Below are positions 6,792 to 16,107 of a stretch of 58,109 bases of DNA, piece by piece (positions within the stretch are counted from its first letter, which is position 1; every line of letters starts with the position of its first letter). A model generated the notes under the pieces. The model worked only from the letters and a program-made list of their open reading frames with translations, ran no database searches and was not told where the DNA came from. The DNA comes from Candidatus Omnitrophota bacterium (GTDB lineage: Bacteria; Omnitrophota; Gorgyraeia; JAHJTE01): contig JAGVEL010000008.1 of assembly GCA_020058285.1 (NCBI GenBank), forward strand, positions 1 to 58,109, in the 5' to 3' direction. The translations under genes and the position numbers were made by a program.

Positions 6792-8507
6792 ATGAAAAAA
6801 ATTCCTGTTGACAAGAATTTGCTAAAAGTAACCTCGGTCAGCATTATAATCGCTTTGTTCTATTTCTTTTCATTTAGCAACATACCTAGTTTAAGCTTCC
6901 TGCAATTAAAAACCGCAGACTTTTTTAAGCAGCTCACCTATGCCATAAAACCAAAGCCAAACGAGATAAAAGACCTATGCGTGATTAAAATTGATGATGA
7001 ATCATTTATGGCCTTAAATAAAAAGTGGCCTTGGCCGCGCAGTATTATCGCCGAATTCTTAGAAAATTTGAATGAATATAAACCGAAAATTATAAGCTTA
7101 GACTTATCATTTATCGGAGAAAGTGAAAGCGTGGATGCTGATTTAAGGTTAGCTCGGGCAATCAAGAATTGTGGCAATGTAATCTTAAGTGCTTACATTA
7201 CTCCTGATGGCACTTTTAACAAGCCTTTTTTACCTTTAAGAGAAGCAGCTTTAGATTTTGGATTTGTAAATAAACCCCGGGATATAGACCTGATTGTGCG
7301 CCGGGTAAGAGTAATTCTGCCAACAGAAAAAAACCAGGAACAATTTGACTTGTCTTTTGGCCTAAAGAGTGTGTTACATTACTATTCAAACTCAGAAAAA
7401 ATTCATTTGGCTAAAATTAAGAATAATTCCTTTCTGATCAAAAATCTGGGTAATGAAAAAACAAAAAAACTGCTGTTAAGTACGGATAATCAAGGAACCG
7501 CAGCCTTAAATTTCCAGGCAAAAGATAAAGATTTCATTTCTGAATCATTCTATAAAATACTTAACAAAAGCGCGGACGCAAAATTGATTGAAGGCCGGCT
7601 GATAGCTATTGGCGTAACTGCTGAAATATTCCATGATGTCTACCCTACGACCTTAGGGATTCTCTCTGGCGTCAGCTTGAATGCCAATGAGATGTTGATG
7701 TATTTATCCGGAAACTTCCCAAATAAAGTGCCGGATAACTGGCAATTGTTTTTGATTGTTATTGCTGCGCTTTGGTCTTCAATATTAACCTATAAATTTA
7801 AAGTGGTTAAAGGCCTTATAAGCCTTTTAACCCAGCTTGTAATCTTATCGCTACTAGCCCTAGCTGCTTCTTATTTTAATTTTAGATATGATTATTTTGG
7901 CCCGATTTTTATTGCCTGCTTTATTTATGCCGGAACAGAAACTTATAAATATGGCCATTTGATTATTGAAGCTACAATATTAAAGAAGCTTTCGATTACC
8001 GACGGGTTAACCGGCTTGTACTTACACCGCTATCTAATATTAAGGCTGGATCAGGAATTCAAGAAGGCTTACGATGAAAATTCTCAATTATCGCTGTTGA
8101 TTATGGATATTGACCACTTTAAAAGAATTAATGACACCTATGGCCATGAACAAGGAAATGTGGTGTTAAAAAATATCGCCAAAATTATTCAGGATGCAAG
8201 CCGAAAGCTAGATATTGTTGCCCGCTACGGCGGAGAGGAATTCTGCGCAATATTACCCAGCACGAATGAATTAGGTGCAAATATCTATGCCCAGCGTTTA
8301 AGAAAAACGATTGAGGAGTTTAATTTCCCTTATAAGGAAAACCAGCCACTAAAGGTAACGATTAGTATCGGAATTGCCTCGTCAAAACAGACCTTGGCCC
8401 AAAATCCTGCAGAGCTTATCTCATTTGCGGATAAAGCCCTTTACCAGGCAAAAGAAACTGGAAGAAATACGGTATGCACTTTTGTCCCGCCTCCGGAAAA
8501 AATTTAA
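6792..8507 (+). CDS. Membrane diguanylate cyclase: CHASE2 sensor domain, TM segments and a GGDEF domain (active-site GGEEF, intact RxxD I-site)
   Basis: The CHASE2 signature is IKIDDESFMALNKKWPWPRS...LDLSFIGES, followed by 3-4 hydrophobic helices. The GGDEF domain shows DGLTGLYLHRY...MDIDHFKRINDTYGH...RKLDIVARYGGEEFCAILP...KALYQAKETGRN. Confidence 0.88.
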   Translation: MKKIPVDKNLLKVTSVSIIIALFYFFSFSNIPSLSFLQLKTADFFKQLTYAIKPKPNEIKDLCVIKIDDESFMALNKKWPWPRSIIAEFLENLNEYKPKIISLDLSFIGESESVDADLRLARAIKNCGNVILSAYITPDGTFNKPFLPLREAALDFGFVNKPRDIDLIVRRVRVILPTEKNQEQFDLSFGLKSVLHYYSNSEKIHLAKIKNNSFLIKNLGNEKTKKLLLSTDNQGTAALNFQAKDKDFISESFYKILNKSADAKLIEGRLIAIGVTAEIFHDVYPTTLGILSGVSLNANEMLMYLSGNFPNKVPDNWQLFLIVIAALWSSILTYKFKVVKGLISLLTQLVILSLLALAASYFNFRYDYFGPIFIACFIYAGTETYKYGHLIIEATILKKLSITDGLTGLYLHRYLILRLDQEFKKAYDENSQLSLLIMDIDHFKRINDTYGHEQGNVVLKNIAKIIQDASRKLDIVARYGGEEFCAILPSTNELGANIYAQRLRKTIEEFNFPYKENQPLKVTISIGIASSKQTLAQNPAELISFADKALYQAKETGRNTVCTFVPPPEKI

Positions 8508-8540
8508 AATTAGGAATTAGGAATTAATAGGAAGGTTTTC

Positions 8541-9749
8541 TTAAACGGTGATTTTGAGGAAGCGTGTCTTGCCGATTTTTAAAATGCCACTTCGGCTTAT
8601 TGTAAATTTTTCGTCTTTTATTGGCTGGTTATCAAGCCGAACTGCTCCATCGCGGATAAGCCTGCGGCCTTCGTTTCCAGAAGTTACCTGCCTAGTTTTA
8701 ACCAAGACTGATAAAATATCCTCTGAAACTTTGTCTTTTAGTTTATATTCCTGAATATCCTGAGGTACATTACCCGCGCTAAAAACCGATTCGAAATTTT
8801 TCCTGGCTTTGAGCGCTACTTGATTTGAGTAAAATCTGGCAGTTAAACCTTCTGCGAGATTAAGTTTTGCCTGTTTAGGGTGCATCTTTTTAACCGCGTC
8901 CAGATTATCTTCAGTAAGCAGATCATAATAATTCACCATCAACTCATCAGATATCGACATAATCTTGCCAAAGATCTGATCCGCAGGCTCGGTAATTGAA
9001 ATATAGTTATTGTAGCTTTTTGACATCTTTAATGCGCCGTCTAAACCAATGAGCAATGGCAGGGTAATTACAACCTGCGGGCTCTGACCATAGGCTCGTT
9101 GAATATCTCTGCCGACTAAGAGATTAAATTTCTGGTCACTGCCCCCTAGCTCAATATCCGCAGACAACACAACTGAATCATAGCCTTGCATCAGGGGATA
9201 TAAAAACTCTAAAACACTTATTGGCTTACCGGCTTTTAATCTGCTTGAGAAATCGTCACGCTCAATCAAGCGCGCAACATTATATTTAGATGCTATTTCT
9301 AAGAATTTATCTAGGTTTACGCCTTGCTTTGAATCTGCCTGTTTAAAAAACCATTGGGAATTATAACGGACTTCCAGGCTTTTTTTATCTGTAAGCAGGA
9401 CTTTAGAAACCTGCTTGAGGTAAGTTTTGGCATTTTTAGAAACCTCATCACGGGAAAGAATTTTTCTGGTTTGCGATTGGCCAGAAGGATCGCCGATAAG
9501 CGCAGTATAATCGCCAATCAACAGAATTGCTTTGTGCCCTAAATCCTGAAAGGTTCTTAATTTACGCAGTAATACAGTGTGTCCGAGATGGATATCGCTC
9601 GTGGTAGGATCAAACCCTGCTTTTACTCGCAAGGGCTTGTTTAATTCTAAAGAATATTGAATCTTCTGAGCTAACTCTTCTTCGTTGATAACCTCTAAGC
9701 TAGCGCGCTTAATCTTTTCAACTTGTTCTTTAACTTTTATCTGCTTCAT
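8541..9749 (-). CDS. tyrS: Tyrosine--tRNA ligase
   Basis: It has the class I motifs HLGH (DIHLGHTV) and KMSKS, a C-terminal S4-like domain (RRLIRDGAVRLDNQPI), and a length of 402 aa. Confidence 0.9.
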   Translation of the reverse strand: MKQIKVKEQVEKIKRASLEVINEEELAQKIQYSLELNKPLRVKAGFDPTTSDIHLGHTVLLRKLRTFQDLGHKAILLIGDYTALIGDPSGQSQTRKILSRDEVSKNAKTYLKQVSKVLLTDKKSLEVRYNSQWFFKQADSKQGVNLDKFLEIASKYNVARLIERDDFSSRLKAGKPISVLEFLYPLMQGYDSVVLSADIELGGSDQKFNLLVGRDIQRAYGQSPQVVITLPLLIGLDGALKMSKSYNNYISITEPADQIFGKIMSISDELMVNYYDLLTEDNLDAVKKMHPKQAKLNLAEGLTARFYSNQVALKARKNFESVFSAGNVPQDIQEYKLKDKVSEDILSVLVKTRQVTSGNEGRRLIRDGAVRLDNQPIKDEKFTISRSGILKIGKTRFLKITV

Positions 9750-11292
9750 TTGAAACTATAGCGCTTAAGCCAATCTTCATTGCCTCAATATCAACCTTGA
9801 TAATCTTTGCTCTTATTTTATCCCCGGGCTTCAATTGATCTTTTATACTATTTTCAATTTCGGTGTTAAAAATTAAGCCTTCTAAATCTTCTCTTAACTT
9901 TACAAACACCCCGAAATTGGTTGCCTGGATAACCTCAACTTCTAGCTCCTTACCCACGGTAAATTCTTCAGCTATTTTTGACCAGGGATTTTCAGTCAGT
10001 TGCTTTAAGCCTAAGGCGATACGTTGATTTTTGGGATCAACGGATATGATAACCACTTCTATCTTTTGCCCTTTTTTTAAAATCTCCTGCGGATGATTAA
10101 TCTTCTTGGTCCAGGACATATCTGAAACATGAATCATGCCCTCCAAGGTTTCGGGTAATTCTATGAATGCTCCGTAATCGCTAAACCCTCTAATCACACC
10201 CGTAACCTTGTTACCCGGTATATATTTATCGCTAACCTGCTCCCAGGGGTTTGGTTCAAGCTGCTTTATGCTCAAGGAAATTCTTTTACTTTGTTTCTCG
10301 ATACTTAAAATCTTCGCTTCAACAACATCTCCGATAACGAATGTTTCTTTTAAATCGTTTATCCTCTTGCTCCAAGAAATCTCAGAGATGTGAATAAGGC
10401 CTTCTATGCCTTTTTCCAGCTCAATAAATAAGCCGTAATTTAAAATATTGACAATCTTGCCTTTTATTTTAGTGTCAATAGGAAATTTTTCTTCTATCCC
10501 CTCCCAGGGATCAGGACTGCGCTGCTTTAAGCCAAGAGAAACCTTACCATTATCTTTGTCCATATTTAAGATTGCCACTTCAATTCTATCGCCAATCGCC
10601 ACAACCTCGGATGGATGTGAAACGCGCGACCAACTCATATCAGTTATATGCAGTAAGCCGTCAACTCCGCCCAAATCAACAAATGCGCCAAAATCAGTAA
10701 TTGCCTTAACCTGGCCCTGGCGGACATCTCCAACTTTTATCTCTTCCCAAAGTTTGCGTTTGGCAGATTCTTTTTCTTTGGCTGCGGCGTCTTTTCTGGA
10801 AACAACCAGGCTGCGGCGTTGATGATTAATCTTAACAACCTGAAACTTAAACATCTGGTTAATTATTTCAGACATTGGCTTTCCCCTAAACGTAGATAGA
10901 GACTCAGGTAAAAAAGCATCAATGCCCATAATATCCACTGTATAGCCGCCCTTAATCTTACTTCTCACTCTGCCGTCAAATACCTGTTCGCCCTGGACAA
11001 CCTTTACAATCTGCTCCCAGCCTTTAATCTTGCTAACCTTTTCTTTTGAAAGAACAACCATCCCGTCTTCGCTCTCTAAAGACTCGATCAATACCTCAAC
11101 GACATTACCCAATACCAACTCTTCGCTTCTAAACTCCAGCATCGGCACAGCTCCTTCAGATTTAAAGCCGATGTCAATCATTACTTCTTTTGGCCCGATG
11201 CTGATAATCTTTCCTTTAACAATCTGGCCTTCGCTAAAATTAGTAAAACTTGTTGAATATAAATCTGCTAACGAGTCATTCTTTGAAAACAT
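9730..11292 (-). CDS. rpsA: 30S ribosomal protein S1 (six S1 domains)
   Basis: It contains repeated S1 OB-fold units (G.V..I..FGAFV.L..G..GL.H.S..SW). Confidence 0.92.
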   Translation of the reverse strand: MFSKNDSLADLYSTSFTNFSEGQIVKGKIISIGPKEVMIDIGFKSEGAVPMLEFRSEELVLGNVVEVLIESLESEDGMVVLSKEKVSKIKGWEQIVKVVQGEQVFDGRVRSKIKGGYTVDIMGIDAFLPESLSTFRGKPMSEIINQMFKFQVVKINHQRRSLVVSRKDAAAKEKESAKRKLWEEIKVGDVRQGQVKAITDFGAFVDLGGVDGLLHITDMSWSRVSHPSEVVAIGDRIEVAILNMDKDNGKVSLGLKQRSPDPWEGIEEKFPIDTKIKGKIVNILNYGLFIELEKGIEGLIHISEISWSKRINDLKETFVIGDVVEAKILSIEKQSKRISLSIKQLEPNPWEQVSDKYIPGNKVTGVIRGFSDYGAFIELPETLEGMIHVSDMSWTKKINHPQEILKKGQKIEVVIISVDPKNQRIALGLKQLTENPWSKIAEEFTVGKELEVEVIQATNFGVFVKLREDLEGLIFNTEIENSIKDQLKPGDKIRAKIIKVDIEAMKIGLSAIVSNEADKS

Positions 11293-11376
11293 TATCTATC
11301 ACCCCAAAAATTAAATTTTATCCGCCAATCTTTGTGGCGGATAATCCTTATAAAGTATCCTAAATTAAAAGGAAAG

Positions 11377-11615
11377 TCAAGTAAAAACTACCAGCTGGTG
11401 CTTAGTTTTTACGCCGTGCCGCAAAGGCTTTTGCGGCCAAGTAACCATAATTGCCAGCTGGCGCTTTAAATTTCGCTTGTGCCCTGCCTGCCGAAGGCAG
11501 GCGTGAAGGCTTTTGCGTCAAGTAAAAACTACCAACTGGTGTTTAGTTTTTACGCGATGTCCTGCCTGCCGTCAGGCAGGCGTAAAGCTTATCCGACGCA
11601 AGCAAAAACCACCTA
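11377..11615. repeat. Tandem array of 3-4 REP-like two-hairpin units in the plsC-rpsA intergenic region
   Basis: The units are 60-80 bp, each starting with CAAG. Hairpin 1 is GTAAAAACTA-CCAGCTGGTGC-TAGTTTTTAC. Hairpin 2 is either GCCGCAAAGGCTTTTGCGGC or CCTGCCTGCC-NNNN-GGCAGGCG. The last partial unit abuts the plsC stop. Confidence 0.8.
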
Positions 11616-12212
11616 CAACCCCCCTAAAGCTGACTGCAGGCGGCTTAATCCTTGCGGATAATCTTCGTTATCTTCCAGGATAAACGGCTTAGCAAACTTA
11701 ACTGTTATTTCAGTTCCGCGATTAATCTTTTTGGCGTTTCTAGGCCAAGCCAAATCAGTGCCATAAATTTTTGCAACTACGATTGGAACTTTAGCCTTTT
11801 TAGCTAAAAGCAAAAAACCTTTTCTTAAACTTTGGAATGACTCCCCGGAATCTTCCTGCCGCGTACCCTCAGGAAACATCAGTAAAGCCTCTCCCTTATT
11901 TAGCGCACTTATAGACAGCTTAATTGCCTTTAAATCTGGACTATCGCGCTTAACCGCAATAACATTAACCCATCGCATCCAGGCTCCTAAAAACTTATTT
12001 TCAAATAAGTCTTGGCGGGCTATAAAAACAAACCGACGCTTACAACTTGTTCCGATTAGGGCAGGATCAAGGAAACTCAGGTGGTTGGAAATTAAAATAA
12101 ATGGACCGGTTGAGGCTATATTTTCTTTACCGATAACTTTAACCTTAAACCGATATATGAATTTAATTAGTAAATAAATGAGGAATCTTGAAAAATAATA
12201 GCCAATCCACAC
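11613..12212 (-). CDS. plsC: 1-acyl-sn-glycerol-3-phosphate acyltransferase
   Basis: It has the HX4D motif (NHLSFLDP) and the FPEGTR motif, and is 199 aa. Confidence 0.85.
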   Translation of the reverse strand: MWIGYYFSRFLIYLLIKFIYRFKVKVIGKENIASTGPFILISNHLSFLDPALIGTSCKRRFVFIARQDLFENKFLGAWMRWVNVIAVKRDSPDLKAIKLSISALNKGEALLMFPEGTRQEDSGESFQSLRKGFLLLAKKAKVPIVVAKIYGTDLAWPRNAKKINRGTEITVKFAKPFILEDNEDYPQGLSRLQSALGGL

Positions 12213-12214
12213 GT

Positions 12215-13627
12215 TTAGATCATTTTCTTGCCTAAAGAAATCAATTTTTCTGCCCGGTCTTTAGTTTTGGCTTCCGAGTAAACCCGGACGATTGGCTCAG
12301 TACCTGAGCCGCGCAGCATTAGCCAAGAGTCATCCTCGCAGATAAACTTTAAGCCGTCTTTTTTGTCTATTTTAACAACTTTTTTACCTAGTAACTCTTC
12401 CGGAATTTTAATATTTGCTAAACTAAACATCTCTACACTACTTAACGCCAGGCTATCCTTGGTATAATAAAAAGAGCCAAATTCACGCTTAAGGTCAGCT
12501 AAAAGATTATTTATGTTGCAGCGCCTAAAGGCAAGCATTTCTAACAAAAGTAGGCCGGCTAGCGAACCATCGCGCTCTGGTATATAATTTTTAAATCCAA
12601 TGCCGCCTGCCTCTTCTCCGCCAATCAGGACATCTCCCTCTTTCATTAATTTACTTATATATTTAAATCCGACTGGCGTTTCAAACAATTTTAACTTTAA
12701 GCGCGTGCATATTTTATCAATCATTGACGAGCCGACTATCGTCTTAACCACTGCACCAGTCATTTTCCTATCCTGGACAAGATGCAAAATCAAGAGGCAA
12801 AGGATAACCTGTGGGCTGATAAATTCTCCGTTAGAATCCATAGCCGCAATCCTATCTGCATCGCCATCAAGCACCAAGCCTAAGTCAAATTTTTCCTTTT
12901 TCATTCGGCTAATCATCGGTGCCAAATTTTCCGGCAGAGGCTCTGGCCGGCTGCCATCAAACGATGGATTAATATCACTGCGCATCAAGGATAAATTTAC
13001 ATTACTTTCTTCAACGCAATCCGCAATAAACCCATTTCCGCTTCCGTGCATAACATCAACCAAAACCCTTAGCTTAGCCCTGTTTATAGTTTTTAAGTCC
13101 AAATAGCTTTTCAAGAATTTTCGATAGTCGTTAGTTAAGTCGCAAACTTTAAAATTGCTTGAGGATTTCGAAGCTATCAAATCATGCTTTTTAACATCGG
13201 ATGTTTTTAGCAATTTTTCAATAGCGCTGGTTATCTCAGTATCTGCTGCTCCTCCGGAACTATCTTTAATTTTAAACCCGTTAAACTCCGGCGGATTGTG
13301 GCTGGCAGTAATAACAACGCCAAAATCACAATGCAATTTTTTCACCGCAAAGCTTAATGCCGGAGTAGGCAAAAATTTGTCGGAAAATATTACTTTTATG
13401 TTGTTAGCAACGCAAACCTTAGCTACCTCTAAGGCAAAATCCTTAGATAGAAACCGGGTATCATAACCAATAGCACAGGTTAAATCCGGGCGGGCTAAGG
13501 CAGCCTTAAAATAATCACAAGTTGCCTGGGTTAATATTGAAACGTTTTCAAATGTAAAATCGCGGCCGATAATTGCTCTCCAGCCGTCTGTTCCAAATTT
13601 AATTGCTTCAAAGCTAGCCGCTGGCAT
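12215..13627 (-). CDS. Alpha-D-phosphohexomutase (phosphoglucomutase/phosphomannomutase family)
   Basis: It has the active-site TASHNPPEFNGFK, the metal loop DGDADR and the sugar loop GGEEAGG. Confidence 0.85.
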   Translation of the reverse strand: MPAASFEAIKFGTDGWRAIIGRDFTFENVSILTQATCDYFKAALARPDLTCAIGYDTRFLSKDFALEVAKVCVANNIKVIFSDKFLPTPALSFAVKKLHCDFGVVITASHNPPEFNGFKIKDSSGGAADTEITSAIEKLLKTSDVKKHDLIASKSSSNFKVCDLTNDYRKFLKSYLDLKTINRAKLRVLVDVMHGSGNGFIADCVEESNVNLSLMRSDINPSFDGSRPEPLPENLAPMISRMKKEKFDLGLVLDGDADRIAAMDSNGEFISPQVILCLLILHLVQDRKMTGAVVKTIVGSSMIDKICTRLKLKLFETPVGFKYISKLMKEGDVLIGGEEAGGIGFKNYIPERDGSLAGLLLLEMLAFRRCNINNLLADLKREFGSFYYTKDSLALSSVEMFSLANIKIPEELLGKKVVKIDKKDGLKFICEDDSWLMLRGSGTEPIVRVYSEAKTKDRAEKLISLGKKMI

Positions 13628-14261
13628 GTTTAAGACTCCTTATCGCGCTGGCATAATCCTTTGATTTAAAGATAAAATTCCCTGCAACCAAAATATTTGC
13701 CCCGCAGGAAATCAATCGCCGAGCATTATCAGAATTAACTCCACCATCAACTTCAATGTCAAACTTGAAATATTTTCTTAATGTTTCTATTTTTTTGTAG
13801 ACTATCGGCATAAATTTCTGGCCGCAGAACCCAGGGTTTACACTCATTAAAAGAATAAAATCCAGAAAGTTAACAGCTGGCAGTATTTTTCCGAGGCTCG
13901 TGCCCGGATTTATCGCCAAGCCTAACCTTACGCCTTTTTCGTTTAGGGCTTTAGCTTTGGATTTAAAATTAGTCAAGGGAACAGTCTCTACATGCACGGT
14001 AATTATATCCGCACCTGCATCCACAAATGAATCCAAAAGTTTGAAGGGTTTTTTAATCATCAAATGCACATCCAGGGGTAATTTTGTGCTCTTCTTAATC
14101 GCCGCTACCTGATTTGGCCCTAAAGTAATATTCGGAACAAAGTGGCCGTCCATAACATCTATGTGAATAAGATCCGCCCCGGCTGCTTCAATTCTTTTTA
14201 ACTCTTTGGCCAAACAACTAAAATCACAAGCCAATATTGATGGCGCAACAAGTATTTTCAC
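13614..14261 (-). CDS. rpe: Ribulose-phosphate 3-epimerase
   Basis: It contains HIDVMDGHFVPN, DVHLM and MSVNPGFCGQKF. Confidence 0.9.
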   Translation of the reverse strand: MKILVAPSILACDFSCLAKELKRIEAAGADLIHIDVMDGHFVPNITLGPNQVAAIKKSTKLPLDVHLMIKKPFKLLDSFVDAGADIITVHVETVPLTNFKSKAKALNEKGVRLGLAINPGTSLGKILPAVNFLDFILLMSVNPGFCGQKFMPIVYKKIETLRKYFKFDIEVDGGVNSDNARRLISCGANILVAGNFIFKSKDYASAIRSLKHASG

Positions 14262-14830
14262 TTATATAATCCTTTTCTGTTAATAAACGCTAACACCTTT
14301 TTATCTAATAAATATTCTACGCCTTTTCCGGTATTAATGCGCTTTCTGACATCTGAGGAAGAAATGTCAATCTGCGGGATATTGATAAATTTAATGCCCT
14401 TGTGGATCAATTTTACGCAAAATCCCGGCCGGGCTGCCACAACAAATTTAGCCAGTTTTTTTATTTTATCAAAATTCTTCCAGCGGCCTAAATCAGATAT
14501 GGCATCAGAACCGGCTAGAAAAAAAAGTTCGGCACTTTTACCTTTAAATTTACGCCGCATTATATCTAATGTCTCGACTGTATAAGATTTACCGCCACGT
14601 TTTATTTCCAAATCTGATATAGAAAATTTCTTTGCGCCGCGTAATGCAAGGCGTAGCATTTTTAGCCTGTCTATGCCCCTAGGAACCCAGCGAGAAGATT
14701 TGAGCGGTTGGATATTAGCCGGAACAAAAATAATTTTATCAAGCCTTAAAATCTCAAGTGCTGACTGAGCCAAAATCATATGGCCAAGATGCACTGGATT
14801 AAATGTTCCGCCGAGGATTCCAATTTTCAT
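14258..14830 (-). CDS. nadD: Nicotinate-nucleotide adenylyltransferase
   Basis: It has the N-terminal GILGGTFNPVHLGH motif and an ISSSDVR-type motif. Confidence 0.9.
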   Translation of the reverse strand: MKIGILGGTFNPVHLGHMILAQSALEILRLDKIIFVPANIQPLKSSRWVPRGIDRLKMLRLALRGAKKFSISDLEIKRGGKSYTVETLDIMRRKFKGKSAELFFLAGSDAISDLGRWKNFDKIKKLAKFVVAARPGFCVKLIHKGIKFINIPQIDISSSDVRKRINTGKGVEYLLDKKVLAFINRKGLYK

Positions 14831-14833
14831 TAT

Positions 14834-16099
14834 TTAATTAGTTCTAATCTGGCCGTTGCCGTAAACTTGGTATTTATATGTCGTAAGCTCTTCAACAGCC
14901 ATTGGGCCGCGGGCATGAATCTTATCCGTGGAAATTCCCATCTCCGCACCCATGCCGAATTCATAGCCATCGCTAAACCGGGTAGAAGCATTGACAAAAA
15001 CACAGGCTGAATCAACCTCAGTTAGAAATTTTTCAGCCGCAAGTTTATCGTTAGTAATAATGCTGTCCGAGTGGTGCGAGCCATATGTATTAATATGCTC
15101 AATCGCCTCATCTAAATCTTTAACAACATCAACTGCTAAGATTAGATCCAAGAATTCTGTTTTAAAATCAGCATTTTTTGCAGCCTTTAAACTAGAGTCA
15201 AATTTCCTGACAGCAGCTGTTCCTCTTATCTGGACATTATTCTGCTTAAATTGCTCAAGCATGCGCGGTAAAAATTTAGAAGCAATCTCCTTATGCACGA
15301 GTAAAGTTTCCATTGCGTTACATACGCCGGGGCGCTGAACTTTAGCATTTAAGCATACCTTAAGCCCAAGCTCTAAATCAGCATCCTTATCCATAAATAT
15401 TGTACAAATTCCTTTGTAATGTTTTATCACCGGTATCCGAGACTTTTTAACTACTTCTCTAATTAAACCTTCTCCGCCCCTAGGAATGACCAAATCAATA
15501 GAATCAGTTAACTTTAACAATATATCAACAGATTTTCTGTCAGTATTCTTGATTAATTGAAAGGCTTCGCTGGGAAGGCCTTTTTGCTTAATCGCCCCTA
15601 TCAGACAATTATAAATTGCGATATTTGAATTTAACGCAGCGCTTCCGCCTCTTAAAACAAGAGCGTTTGAGCTCTTTAAACATAAACCAATGCAATCGCT
15701 GGTAACGTCTGGTCTTGATTCATAGATTATTGCTATAACTCCGATAGGCACTCTGACTTTTTTTATTTCTAATCCTGATGCAACGCGCCAAGATTTAATT
15801 ACCTCAAGCATAGGATCTTTGATATTCGCTATTGATTTTAGAGATTGCGCCATTTTTTCTAAACGCGCCCCATCTAACGTCAAACGCTCAATGAAACTTT
15901 TAGATTGATTTTGTTCGCTGGCAAGCTTTAAATCAATATTATTCTGTTCAATAATTGACAGCTTATTATCCAATAAACTCTGAGCCATTGCCAGAATAGT
16001 ATCCTTTTTCACTTCGGCCTTAACTTTTGCCAGAGAAAAACTCAGCCTTTTGGCAAGCCTAGCTATTGCAACTATCTCTTTTTTGAGTGTGTTGTCCAT
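14834..16099 (-). CDS. proA: Gamma-glutamyl phosphate reductase
   Basis: It belongs to the aldehyde dehydrogenase-like ProA family (VCNAMETLLVH; VNASTRFSDGYEFGMGAE) and lies next to proB. Confidence 0.92.
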   Translation of the reverse strand: MDNTLKKEIVAIARLAKRLSFSLAKVKAEVKKDTILAMAQSLLDNKLSIIEQNNIDLKLASEQNQSKSFIERLTLDGARLEKMAQSLKSIANIKDPMLEVIKSWRVASGLEIKKVRVPIGVIAIIYESRPDVTSDCIGLCLKSSNALVLRGGSAALNSNIAIYNCLIGAIKQKGLPSEAFQLIKNTDRKSVDILLKLTDSIDLVIPRGGEGLIREVVKKSRIPVIKHYKGICTIFMDKDADLELGLKVCLNAKVQRPGVCNAMETLLVHKEIASKFLPRMLEQFKQNNVQIRGTAAVRKFDSSLKAAKNADFKTEFLDLILAVDVVKDLDEAIEHINTYGSHHSDSIITNDKLAAEKFLTEVDSACVFVNASTRFSDGYEFGMGAEMGISTDKIHARGPMAVEELTTYKYQVYGNGQIRTN

Positions 16100-16107
16100 A
16101 TTGAATC

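Noticed and set aside
8508-8540. A short direct repeat, AATTAGGAATTAGGAATTA, lies between the convergent GGDEF and tyrS genes.
   Set aside because: It is only ~2.5 copies of a 7-8-nt AT-rich unit with no hairpin or U-tract, which is not enough to call a terminator or a functional repeat.
11377-11615. The repeat arrays (also 32675-32918) superficially resemble a CRISPR array.
   Set aside because: There are no unique spacers between constant repeats. Each 60-80 bp unit is itself a variant of the same two-hairpin sequence, unit lengths vary, and no cas genes are present. REP/BIME-like elements fit better.
11479-11661. ORF 11479..11661 (plus), and likewise 32797..33075 (plus).
   Set aside because: Both are composed almost entirely of REP-like hairpin units (MPCLPKAG..., CHACRSRR...). 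These are repeat-derived open frames and not genes.
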